A stretch of 64,000 bases of DNA from Flavobacteriales bacterium. Lineage in GTDB: Bacteria; Bacteroidota; Bacteroidia; Flavobacteriales_F; PHOS-HE28. Below the pieces are notes generated by a model. It was given only the letters and a program-made list of their open reading frames with translations. It was not told the DNA's origin and did no database searches. Both the position numbers and the translations under genes were made by a program. This document shows positions 9,791 through 18,555 of this stretch, piece after piece. Position 1 is the stretch's first letter. Every line of letters starts with the position of its first letter. Location: contig JAIOIH010000085.1 in the NCBI GenBank assembly GCA_019912395.1, positions 1,353 to 65,352 of the forward strand, read 5' to 3'.

Positions 9791-10594
9791 TCAGCTCGGC
9801 TGCTGCTGCGGTCGCAAGGAGATCAGGTAGTAATTGGTAGTGATGAGGAAGTTCCGCAGGTAGGGAATGGCCGAAATGAAGCGGGATTGCTTTCGGGGCT
9901 TCAAGCCGAACTTGGCCTCGTAGTTGGGATTCACCAGATAGAAGGTCCGTTTGTCCTTCACATAGTTGCACTTCTTCAGGATCCGCTCAAATCGCTCTAT
10001 GGTGATGCCCGTCTGCTTGATCTCCAACAGGTCCGTCACCTTGGTCCTCGACTCCCCGAAGCCTTTCAGGATGGCGCTGTAGATCGGTTTGGGAAGGATG
10101 TGGAAGTACGGAAGCTTCGATAGGACCCGGCTTTCGCAGATCTGCTGGTGGCCGCCGAAGGGGTTGTGCCAAGGGGGGAAGCCAAGGAAGAACCGGCCCT
10201 GCGGCTTGAGCAGCCCGCGCGCGAACTCCATGAACCGTTCCTGCCCGTGAATGTGCTCCAGCACGTCCCGCATGATGATGATATCAAACTGGCCAATGTC
10301 CGCTACGTCGTAGATGTCCGAGACAATGAGGCTCAGGTTGTCGCGGTTCGGGTGCTCCGCGAAATAGGCCTTGGCGTTCGCGACCTTGTTCGGGGCCATG
10401 TCCACACCTACCACCCGCTTGCATCCCAGGTCCATGAAGGGCTTCAGGTTGCCGCCTTCACCGCAGCCGATCTCCAGTACCGAACAGCCCTCATTGACCT
10501 CAAGCACTTCCGAGATGAACGGCAGCACATGGTTGCGCACCGTGGTCTCCTGCTCCCGGAAGTACTTCTCCCGGTTGGTGTGCCGCTCTTGCAT
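9791..10594 (-). CDS. Class I SAM-dependent methyltransferase
   Basis: Motif I VLEIGCGEGGN, a post-I acidic residue, and a DIIIMRDVLEH motif. Confidence 0.75.
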   Translation of the reverse strand: MQERHTNREKYFREQETTVRNHVLPFISEVLEVNEGCSVLEIGCGEGGNLKPFMDLGCKRVVGVDMAPNKVANAKAYFAEHPNRDNLSLIVSDIYDVADIGQFDIIIMRDVLEHIHGQERFMEFARGLLKPQGRFFLGFPPWHNPFGGHQQICESRVLSKLPYFHILPKPIYSAILKGFGESRTKVTDLLEIKQTGITIERFERILKKCNYVKDKRTFYLVNPNYEAKFGLKPRKQSRFISAIPYLRNFLITTNYYLISLRPQQQPS

Positions 10595-10612
10595 GTGTTA
10601 TGGCAGGCCTGC

Positions 10613-11254
10613 TCAGAGCAGGTTCACCTGCTGCGCCTCCTTGCGGCGCGGCTCCTTGGGCATGGTGCCGAAGATGTAGTCCCAGAACGGAGTGCTCACG
10701 CCGAAGGCACCGTCATCACCCACGAAATGGTGGAGGTTGTGGTGCTTCCATATGATGCCCAGGAAATTCTTGGGCTGTTTGTAGATGTGGATGGCATAGT
10801 GGGCAAGCAGATAGCTGCTGTACCCGAAGAGGAAGCCTCCACCGAAGGCATAACCGTTCTGCCCGATGGTCAACCGGAAGAGGCTGATGAACAACACCGC
10901 CAGGAAAATGCTGAGCAACGGAGGCATGGCCAAGCGGCTCTTGTCCCGAGGGTGGTCGTGGTGGATGCCGTGGATCACGTACTGGAAGCGCTTGCGCTTC
11001 TCGGATTCGGCAGGGATATGATAGAGGTAGCGGTGCATCAAATACTCCACCAGGGTAAAGAGCACGATGCCGCCGAGGAAGAAGACCAGTGCGGTGCTCC
11101 AATGGATGCCGAGCCGGGCGAGGGAATACCACAAGGTGAGGATACCCGCTGTCCAGAACAGGGCAAGGGGTATGGAAATATGCGTTTTGGTGAGCGCCTC
11201 CAGCACCGGGTTCTTGAAGATGCGCCCGGCATCGGATCTATTGTGTGTTGCCAT
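10613..11254 (-). CDS. Fatty-acid hydroxylase / sterol desaturase superfamily membrane protein (three His boxes)
   Basis: HRYLYH, HGIHHDH and HHNLHH in a 4-TM protein. ATG start at 11254 preferred over the TTG at 11269. Confidence 0.75.
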   Translation of the reverse strand: MATHNRSDAGRIFKNPVLEALTKTHISIPLALFWTAGILTLWYSLARLGIHWSTALVFFLGGIVLFTLVEYLMHRYLYHIPAESEKRKRFQYVIHGIHHDHPRDKSRLAMPPLLSIFLAVLFISLFRLTIGQNGYAFGGGFLFGYSSYLLAHYAIHIYKQPKNFLGIIWKHHNLHHFVGDDGAFGVSTPFWDYIFGTMPKEPRRKEAQQVNLL

Positions 11255-11309
11255 GATCGATGTACGCAAATTTAGGCATCAGAAAGTGTATGGAGGTACG
11301 GAACGTTCC

Positions 11310-13565
11310 TTAACCGGGATCGAAGGTGAAGCGGAGATCCATAAAAAGCCCTCTCCCCGGCGCTGGATTGTAATATCTGCGGGCAGGGTCATTGAGCTGG
11401 ATGAAGGAGGTGTATTGCGCATTGAGGATGTTCTCTGCGGTAATTCCAACCTGCAAACGATAGAAGCTCCACCCCCAGGATCGTCCAACATGCAGCTGCA
11501 TCACGCCATGGCCGGGCACCCGATCGCCATTGGTACTATTGGCCACCACGGAGGAACTGGCCCTATAGCCTGCTTCGATGCGCAAGCCTGGCCGGGTTGA
11601 CCAGCGTGCGCGTGCACCGCCGGTCCATCGGGGTACGCCGGGGACATCCACCGTATTGGTCCTGTCCGGCAGGGTCAATCGGTGGTGTTGCCAAGCGCCG
11701 TTGAGCAGCAATTCGAGATGCCCCTTACCGGAAAGGTCCCAGCCGGTCCGGGCCTCCAGCTCCACACCGTCCTGTTCGGCATCACCGGCATTGACGAAGA
11801 TCTCTTCGGTGCCTTGATCCACGCGTTGGGGAAGGATCAGGTCCTTCGTGCGGCGCATGTACGCGTTCACGGCCACGGCGGTGCCGTTGTTGCGAAAGGC
11901 GACCCCAGCTTCAGCTTCCTTCACATGTTCGGCGGTCAGCGCAGTATTGGGGATCCCGGTTGAGCCAAGGATCTCCCAGATGGTGGGGCGTGAAGTGCTT
12001 TGCGCATAGCGCAGGTGGCCGGTCAACTGATCGGAGAATGTGCGTTCCACACCAAGCAAGGGATAGAGTTCCCCAGTTGGTGCATCGGAGGTTTCCTCAT
12101 TGCGGAGTTCATCCACATGGCGGAAGGCCGTGGCCTCCGTGCCGAGGTCAACGAAGATGGTGGTGCGCGCGCCCAGCAGGGTCCGGGTGGAAAGGAAGCC
12201 GTTCAGGGTGTTCACGCGGGTATCGGCATCTGTCCGCAGATCGGCCGGCACGGCGTTCACAAATGCCCGCTCCTGCAACTGGTCGCGTTCCAGCAGAGCT
12301 TCAAGGCCCATTTCCCAAGAGAAGGAAACGTTATTCCTGCGGAGCGTTCTCCCCAAGGACAAACGCGAACCCGCGGAGCGGATCCGCTCATCCTTGTATC
12401 CGCCGTAGAACGGGCTTGTGCCATACGGGTTCACCTTGTCGATCGCTTGTACTTGGAGGGAGGAGCGAAGCAGGAGTTCCTGCCATACGCGCTGTTCCAC
12501 GGCAATGCCGGCGAACAGTTGGGTCTTCTCCACCCGCGCATCGATCTGTTGGGAGTAGGGACTGGCAGAACGAGGTTGCTCGGCAGCGGTGAGGCTGTCC
12601 AAACTTCCGGGCAACCCCCACGCAGCTTTTTGTCCGGTAAGAAAGATACGGACGTTGCCTTTCGGCAAGGCATATCGTTGCGTGATCCAGACCTGATCGC
12701 GCCGCGCATATTCCTGATCGCGATAGCCATCGTTCCCCATGCGCAGCAAACCCAAGCTGAGCGTATTGCCATTGGCAACCCTTGTCCGCAACTCGCCGCT
12801 GAGCTTGAAGTAGCCATCAGGCCCTCCGGTGCCTGAAATGGACACGTCGGATCCGGTGTCCTGCCGTTCGGGAGGTGTGGCCAGAAGGAGGCCGGAAGGG
12901 GCACTGCCGAATACCGGCCCGCCGATACTGCGTACTACATCCAGCGTACCCACCAGTGCAGGATCCAGCAACTCCAGCGGAGTGGAGCCATCCGCCAAGG
13001 TCATGGAGAACGGCCCCCAGTACACTTTCACGCCGCGTACGCCATAGGGTGATCGCAAAAGGCTGCCACGGATGCTGAAACGGGTGCTTCCTCCTTGGCC
13101 GCGTTCGTCCATTTGCACACCGGGTACCCAGAGCAACGGACTGCGCAGTGATGCCCGGTCATACATGCGGAGGTCCATACTGTCCACGGTGCTAACGGCC
13201 GCCAATGCCTGGCGTTCCCGTGGGGAAGGCCACGGTCTCACCGCCACCGCTTCCAGCTCTGTTGCCCTTGGTACTGCTTGCAGTTCCACCTTCCCTGCAA
13301 GCTTGGCCTCCGTCCATGCCATCCGTAGGGTCATCAGATCTTTTGCATGGAAGACCAGGGTGTCCGGAGGGTCTTCAGTGCAGAACCGCCCGAATGCATC
13401 TACCGTTCCTACCGTCGCCCCCCATCGATCCCGAACGATCAAGCCTGCTGAAGGCGTACCGTCCATCCGCACCACCAACAAGCAGGATTGTGCACAGGCC
13501 TCGTACAGCCATACGGAACCGAGCAGGAGCAGGAGCAAGCGGAGCATCCGGCCGAAAGTACCCAT
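11310..13565 (-). CDS. TonB-dependent outer-membrane receptor with an N-terminal carboxypeptidase-regulatory-like domain
   Basis: Signal peptide, a TonB-box-like region, and a beta-barrel ending FMDLRFTF. Confidence 0.8.
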   Translation of the reverse strand: MGTFGRMLRLLLLLLGSVWLYEACAQSCLLVVRMDGTPSAGLIVRDRWGATVGTVDAFGRFCTEDPPDTLVFHAKDLMTLRMAWTEAKLAGKVELQAVPRATELEAVAVRPWPSPRERQALAAVSTVDSMDLRMYDRASLRSPLLWVPGVQMDERGQGGSTRFSIRGSLLRSPYGVRGVKVYWGPFSMTLADGSTPLELLDPALVGTLDVVRSIGGPVFGSAPSGLLLATPPERQDTGSDVSISGTGGPDGYFKLSGELRTRVANGNTLSLGLLRMGNDGYRDQEYARRDQVWITQRYALPKGNVRIFLTGQKAAWGLPGSLDSLTAAEQPRSASPYSQQIDARVEKTQLFAGIAVEQRVWQELLLRSSLQVQAIDKVNPYGTSPFYGGYKDERIRSAGSRLSLGRTLRRNNVSFSWEMGLEALLERDQLQERAFVNAVPADLRTDADTRVNTLNGFLSTRTLLGARTTIFVDLGTEATAFRHVDELRNEETSDAPTGELYPLLGVERTFSDQLTGHLRYAQSTSRPTIWEILGSTGIPNTALTAEHVKEAEAGVAFRNNGTAVAVNAYMRRTKDLILPQRVDQGTEEIFVNAGDAEQDGVELEARTGWDLSGKGHLELLLNGAWQHHRLTLPDRTNTVDVPGVPRWTGGARARWSTRPGLRIEAGYRASSSVVANSTNGDRVPGHGVMQLHVGRSWGWSFYRLQVGITAENILNAQYTSFIQLNDPARRYYNPAPGRGLFMDLRFTFDPG

Positions 13566-13663
13566 GGCCGCAGCAGGGCCATGTTGAAGCTGGTTCCTGG
13601 AGGGAACAGGGTATGGGGAAACAATTACATTTGCGGCCCCATTTCGGGAAAAGACCAATTCCC

Positions 13664-13738
13664 GGGCGTTTAGCTCAGCTGGTTTAGAGCACTACCTCGA
13701 CAAGGTAGGGGTCGCTGGTTCGAATCCGGCAACGCCCA
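13664..13738 (+). tRNA. tRNA-Val (anticodon GAC)
   Basis: GGGCGTTTAGCTCAGCTGGTTTAGAGCACTACCTCGACAAGGTAGGGGTCGCTGGTTCGAATCCGGCAACGCCCA folds as a cloverleaf. Anticodon loop TCGACAA has C33, which is unusual. Confidence 0.75.
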
Positions 13739-13919
13739 CATTCATTTTTGGCCCGTGAGGGGTCTGGATCCTGCTGGTAAGCAACGTGAAAATACCGGTC
13801 TTTCGCTCCATTCGATCCCTTGTCGCACGCTTATCCGATCACTTTCCGGGCTTGGAGCATTGAACGTTCGATTGGATCAACCCGGGTCAGACTAAAGCTC
13901 AAAAGAACCATTCGTGAAC

Positions 13920-14894
13920 ATGAAGAAGACGATCATTTCCATGGCGGTCCTGTTGGCCGTATCCAACGTAGCAAGTGCGCAGGAGGATAAAGCACAACGC
14001 GACGCCGCAGTCGCCGTGATGCAAGCGAAAACGGAAGCGGACACCACCGGTAAGCTGTGGAAGACAGGTGGCACCTTCCAACTGAACATGAGCCAAGTGA
14101 GCCTCACCAACTGGTCCGCAGGTGGATACAGCTCCGTGAGTGGGATCGGGCAATTCAATGGCTTCGCCAATCGCAAGAAAGGCCGTCACGCATGGGATAA
14201 CTCCATCGCATTGGCCTATGGATTGTTGGCTCAGGATGGAAGCGATGCGGTGAAGACGGATGACCGCATTGAACTGAATACCAAGTATGGCTACGAATTG
14301 AAAAATGCGTGGTACCTCGCCGCATTGGCCCAGTTCAAGACCCAGTTCACCGAGGGTGTGGACGCGAAGACCGGTACCCGGATCTCGGACTTCATGGCCC
14401 CTGGATACTTGATCCTTGGCCTGGGTATTGACTACAAGCCGAGTGATAATTTCTCGGCCTTCATCTCCCCGGCCACCGCCAAATTCACCTTCGTTCAGGA
14501 CCAGGACTTGGCCGATGTCGGAGCCTTCGGTGTGGACCCCGCTACGTACGATGATCTCGGGGTCAAGCTTACCAACGGCGAAAACAGCCTCTTCGAGTTC
14601 GGTGGCTACGTGAAGCTGATGTACACCCAGGATATTGCGAAGAACATCAACTTCCTCACCCGTGCCGACTTCTTCAGCAACTACTTGAACAACCCCCAGA
14701 ATATCGACGTGAACTGGGAGACTCTCTTCACCTTCAAGGTGAACGAATGGTTCGCGGCAACACTGAGCACGCTCTTGATCTATGACGATGATACACAGAT
14801 CATGAAGCCTTGGGAGGACACGCCTCTGCAATACGTGGGCAAGGGCACCCAGTTCAAGGAGACCATCGGCCTGGGGATCACGTTGAAGCTCTGA
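13920..14894 (+). CDS. DUF3078 family outer-membrane beta-barrel protein
   Basis: Signal peptide MKKTIISMAVLLAVSNVASAQ. Motif WSAGGYSS typical of DUF3078. Confidence 0.6.
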   Translation: MKKTIISMAVLLAVSNVASAQEDKAQRDAAVAVMQAKTEADTTGKLWKTGGTFQLNMSQVSLTNWSAGGYSSVSGIGQFNGFANRKKGRHAWDNSIALAYGLLAQDGSDAVKTDDRIELNTKYGYELKNAWYLAALAQFKTQFTEGVDAKTGTRISDFMAPGYLILGLGIDYKPSDNFSAFISPATAKFTFVQDQDLADVGAFGVDPATYDDLGVKLTNGENSLFEFGGYVKLMYTQDIAKNINFLTRADFFSNYLNNPQNIDVNWETLFTFKVNEWFAATLSTLLIYDDDTQIMKPWEDTPLQYVGKGTQFKETIGLGITLKL

Positions 14895-15022
14895 TCGTTG
14901 GATCAGGATTATAGGTCCCGCCCCGATCTTGTCGGAGCGGGACCTTCTTCGTTTTTAGGCTTCGGAAGCCGGGCAAGTGGGCTTGGCATGAGCCGGTAGG
15001 GAAGTGGGAAGGTTGTAACAAC

Positions 15023-15050
15023 GGACAGTTGCATGGCCATGCAACTGTCC
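15023..15050. promoter_or_regulatory. Perfect 28-bp palindrome P1: GGACAGTTGCATGGCCATGCAACTGTCC
   Basis: Seen directly. Core AGTTGCATGGCCATGCAACT shared with P2, P3 and P4. Confidence 0.6.
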
Positions 15051-15169
15051 ACGGACTTGTGTCCCTTGTGGCCTTCAGGTTTCAGTGTTTCCCGGGATCA
15101 GTCGGAACTCCACCGTGGCGGGCCTTGCAGCCTAATTCGAAAGTCGATCAGGCTGTACGGTCTGTTTGA

Positions 15170-15199
15170 TTCATAGTTGCATGGCCATGCAACTATGAA
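15170..15199. promoter_or_regulatory. Perfect 30-bp palindrome P2: TTCATAGTTGCATGGCCATGCAACTATGAA
   Basis: Seen directly. Centre is 148 bp from the centre of P1. Confidence 0.6.
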
Positions 15200-15334
15200 C
15201 GGATGGTGGACCCCGGCTGCCCTTAAAAATAGTTGTGCTTCCGAGGGTCGGCCGGAACCCCGCGTTAGGGTTGCTCTCGGCGCCGATGATAAAACCATCC
15301 TGGCTCGGGATCCTGGCCGAACTGTTGAAATTGA

Positions 15335-15356
15335 TAGTTGCATGGCCATGCAACTA
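15335..15356. promoter_or_regulatory. 22-bp palindrome P3: TAGTTGCATGGCCATGCAACTA
   Basis: Seen directly. Centre is 161 bp from the centre of P2. Confidence 0.6.
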
Positions 15357-15428
15357 ATTGCACTCCTGAGAGAGTGTGTCCTGATGACGCAACAGGGTAT
15401 CCCACGTCCGATTACGGGTTCAGGACCA

Positions 15429-15863
15429 TCAAAGGTTAACCCGTAGCACCGCGTCGGTTCGTGCGGATAGCTCGGCCATTCTCTTTGCTTCCCCTTCACC
15501 GAGTAAGTGCATGTACGCCAAGCGCAACTTTTCCCAAGCACTACTGGCCTCTGCCGCCTTGTTAAGACCTTCGGGGGTCAGGAATACCTCCACGATCCGT
15601 TCATGACCATTGCGAACGACATAACTGTTGGAAGCGAGCTTGTCGAGCGTACGCGAGATCGTGGAAGGGTCCAATTGATGCACGTACGCAAGATCTTTGA
15701 CATTGATCCCGGGAGCTTCTTTAGCCGACATCAGGATAAATCCCATGGTCGGCGTGATCTCGATAGGATGAAAATGCGCTTCCGCCATGCGGGTAAGGGA
15801 CCGCCCCAAGGCAGCTCCTGCATGAAAGAGGCACGAGTTGTAATGGTCTTTGAGGTCGGACAT
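15429..15863 (-). CDS. MarR-family transcriptional regulator
   Basis: Winged HTH: ...TPTMGFILMSAKEAPGINVKDLAYVHQLDPSTISRTLDKLASNSYVVRNGHERI... Confidence 0.8.
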   Translation of the reverse strand: MSDLKDHYNSCLFHAGAALGRSLTRMAEAHFHPIEITPTMGFILMSAKEAPGINVKDLAYVHQLDPSTISRTLDKLASNSYVVRNGHERIVEVFLTPEGLNKAAEASSAWEKLRLAYMHLLGEGEAKRMAELSARTDAVLRVNL

Positions 15864-15878
15864 GGTGGATGCAAGATA

Positions 15879-15902
15879 TCAATTGCATGGCCATGCAACT
15901 GA
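15879..15902. promoter_or_regulatory. Palindrome P4 (TCAATTGCATGGCCATGCAACTGA, one mismatch) 16 bp upstream of the MarR start codon; putative auto-operator
   Basis: Same core as P1-P3. Position overlaps the expected MarR promoter. Confidence 0.55.
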
Positions 15903-15943
15903 GAGGAGTCGAGTTCCCTGTGGTCTTCGGTTTGAACAGCGTT

Positions 15944-17932
15944 TCAAGGGAACCTCAGCGGCCCCTTCAGCGGCTGGAACAGGCCGTACAACCAAGGGTT
16001 TCCCTCGCGAACGCGCACTTCGATGGAAGTGACCTGAGCGGCTTTCCCCCCGGGATTCCAGAGATAGACCTTCAGCCGCGTGCCTTGTCCGTGCTTGGGC
16101 AGGTCCGAGAGTGGGATGGCCGTGAACAGGCTGGTAGCCCCGGTCCGCGTACTATCGCCACTGGTGCGGTAAAAGACGGAGCGGTCCCCCTCCTTCAGTT
16201 CCATCACCAGCCTCAGTTCACTTCCGGGCCCAACGTTCGATACTCCCATGCGGGCCTCCAGGATGTCGTTGTCACCGGAGGCGAGGTCGAACACGGACCG
16301 CTCGAACACGGCACCGAACTCCCGCCCGCTCAGGTCCCAGCTCTTGGGTCCTGACGTGAACGCATCGGAGGAATCACGGGAGGCAGGCAGGTCCTCGTCC
16401 ACCTTCCAGCCATCACCTTTCACGGCCTCCGGGGTCACCAAGCTGCCATGCGAGAGATCCTCCAACTTTCCGTTGCCCGGCATTCCGGAGAACAAAAAGA
16501 CCTGGCCCTCTTCCATGTCGTGCCGTTCCAGCATGAAGGGGAAGGCCTGTTGGATGCGGGCCAAGTTCTCGGGCGCCGCACCGGCGGAAGCACCATGGAA
16601 CACCTCGGCGGCCGCAGTGGCACCCAGGAGGCTGTCCACGAATGATGCGGCTCGGCCATGCACGTTGATGTAGGGTGCGGAAGCACTGTCCAGGCCCCAT
16701 TGACGGAAGTAGAATCCCGGGATCTCTTCCGGCAGGTCCACAAGGGCAAGACGATCAGGGTACTTGGCGGCCTCTACGATACCCCGCACCGAAGCTTCGT
16801 ACTTCGAACGATAGAAGATCTCATAGTGTTTACGCTGCTCCACCAGTCCGAATACGGCCGTGGCCGCGATCAGCGCTACCAACGGGAGCACAAGGGCCGG
16901 CCGTGGGGTTCGCCAACCCGCGAACAAGGGGAAGACCAAAAAGGGAAAGGAGAAGATCAGCACGGAATATTGCAGCACCGGCGCATGCCATACCGAATAG
17001 CCATAGCCCACGGCCAACGGTAGCAAGCCCAGCACCAGACACAGGAATAGGAAGGGTGAGCGCCCATTTCCCCCGGAACGGAACGCACGTGCCCAGCCCG
17101 CCAGCGCCACACCAAGCACCACTACCGCAAGCGGAATGCTGAACTGGAAGATCCACGCAACGTACTCCGGGAACCAGGACGGAGTTGGGGGTGCGAGCCA
17201 TTGGCCCACCCCGCCATAGCCCAACTGGCGCCACGTGATGGGCAGCTCGGGCAGGTAGAGCACAAGCGCTACCGCACCGGCCAACAGCACCTGTTTACGC
17301 TGGTGGGCCGTGGCGAGGAACAGCAGGCAGAGGCCGGCCAAGAGTGCGAACAAGAGCGAGAAGTGATGGACGTACGCACACAACGCCGCAGCAAGGGCCA
17401 CACCGGCCCAAGCCCGCCTTCGCCCGCCCAAGGCCCGGGTGATCTGGTCCATCAGCAAAGCGCAGGTGAAGAATCCGGCCGCATACGGACGGGCGATCTG
17501 GCCGTACATCACCGTGTACTGGATGCAGCCGATGAACGCGATCGACAGTAGCGCTGCAGCAGGCGAGCTCCATGCAGCGGCGAAGCGATAGAGGAAGAAC
17601 AGTGCCACGACACTGAGCACGATGAAAGGCAGCTTCACCGCCATTTCACTGGTGCCGAAGAGCCCCGTCCAGACCCACTCGAACACCTGCACGCCTGCCG
17701 GGTGCGCATCGATCGCCACACCCTTGGCGATCAATTCACTGAACGAGCTGAACCGGACGCGGAGCAGCGCACTGATCTCATCATGCGTGTACGGGATGTG
17801 CGGCAGGTCCCATAAGCGTAGTGCGGAGGCCAGCAGGAGAAGTGCCAGCAGCGCTCCGCGTTGGGCCGCAGTACCGGGGAACGCGGAAGCGGTGGCCGTC
17901 CTCAATCCTTCCCTCCAGGACGGTGTGCTCAT
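15944..17932 (-). CDS. Glycosyltransferase family 39 (ArnT/PMT-like) integral membrane protein
   Basis: A 662-aa polytopic N-terminal half with a large C-terminal soluble domain. Resembles the ArnT/PMT_2 topology and composition. Confidence 0.55.
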   Translation of the reverse strand: MSTPSWREGLRTATASAFPGTAAQRGALLALLLLASALRLWDLPHIPYTHDEISALLRVRFSSFSELIAKGVAIDAHPAGVQVFEWVWTGLFGTSEMAVKLPFIVLSVVALFFLYRFAAAWSSPAAALLSIAFIGCIQYTVMYGQIARPYAAGFFTCALLMDQITRALGGRRRAWAGVALAAALCAYVHHFSLLFALLAGLCLLFLATAHQRKQVLLAGAVALVLYLPELPITWRQLGYGGVGQWLAPPTPSWFPEYVAWIFQFSIPLAVVVLGVALAGWARAFRSGGNGRSPFLFLCLVLGLLPLAVGYGYSVWHAPVLQYSVLIFSFPFLVFPLFAGWRTPRPALVLPLVALIAATAVFGLVEQRKHYEIFYRSKYEASVRGIVEAAKYPDRLALVDLPEEIPGFYFRQWGLDSASAPYINVHGRAASFVDSLLGATAAAEVFHGASAGAAPENLARIQQAFPFMLERHDMEEGQVFLFSGMPGNGKLEDLSHGSLVTPEAVKGDGWKVDEDLPASRDSSDAFTSGPKSWDLSGREFGAVFERSVFDLASGDNDILEARMGVSNVGPGSELRLVMELKEGDRSVFYRTSGDSTRTGATSLFTAIPLSDLPKHGQGTRLKVYLWNPGGKAAQVTSIEVRVREGNPWLYGLFQPLKGPLRFP

Positions 17933-18378
17933 TGGCCGCGGTCCATATCGCGTTTGAGGTCCTTTTCCTTCAGGCTCTCGCGTTTGTCATAGGTCTTCTT
18001 GCCCTTGGCCAGCGCGATCTCCACCTTCACCATGCCGTTCTTGGCGAAGTAGGAGCGGATCGGTACGATGGTGACCCCTTGGTCCTTCAGCTTGCGCTGC
18101 AGCTTGTTCAGCTCCTTCCGGTGCAAGAGCAACTTGCGATCGCGGATCGGTTCGTGGGCAAAGTTCTTCGCCTTCTCGAACGGCTGGATCCGCATGTTCC
18201 GCAGGTAGAGGTCATCGCCGATGAAGGTGCAAAAGGCCTCCGTAATGCTGGCATCGCCCAAGCGCAGGCTCTTCACCTCACTGCCCTTCAGCACGATGCC
18301 GCACTCGTGCGTCTCGAGGAAGAAATACTCGAACGCCGCACGGCGGTTCTTGATCTCGGGCATCACTGGGGCGGCCAT
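17929..18378 (-). CDS. smpB: SsrA-binding protein SmpB
   Basis: MAAPVMPEIKNRRAAFEYFFLETHECGIVLKGSEVKSLR...; 149 aa. Start trimmed from ORF 17929..18543. Stop overlaps the GT39 start (ATGA). Confidence 0.9.
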   Translation of the reverse strand: MAAPVMPEIKNRRAAFEYFFLETHECGIVLKGSEVKSLRLGDASITEAFCTFIGDDLYLRNMRIQPFEKAKNFAHEPIRDRKLLLHRKELNKLQRKLKDQGVTIVPIRSYFAKNGMVKVEIALAKGKKTYDKRESLKEKDLKRDMDRGQ

Positions 18379-18555
18379 GGCGCGAAGATGAGGGGTAAAT
18401 TTCTTAACCGCCACGACGCAAGGAGCGCCAAGGCTTCGCCACGTGAGGCCTTTCGGGTCAAAGGCTCGGTTGGCACTATTCCAATTTGTGTGGCGGTTTC
18501 GTTGCGCACGTTCCCTCGTTCCGGTGAACAAAACCTTGTCCACTTGTCGCAGAGG

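Noticed and set aside
10148-11275. 375-aa plus-strand ORF opposite the methyltransferase and hydroxylase genes
   Set aside because: It is antisense to two well-supported CDS with clear catalytic motifs. The product is low-complexity.
15023-15356. CRISPR array interpretation of the regularly spaced palindromes
   Set aside because: There are only three repeats. The repeats are perfect palindromes of 20-30 bp, while CRISPR repeats are usually only partially palindromic. Spacers of about 120-140 bp are 3-4 times too long. No cas genes are in the window.
15177-15446. 89-aa plus-strand ORF beginning inside palindrome P2 and reading through P3
   Set aside because: There is no supporting similarity. 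The start and the frame are generated by the ATG triplets inside the palindrome (GCATGGCCATGC). It was kept only as a possibility in the palindrome finding.
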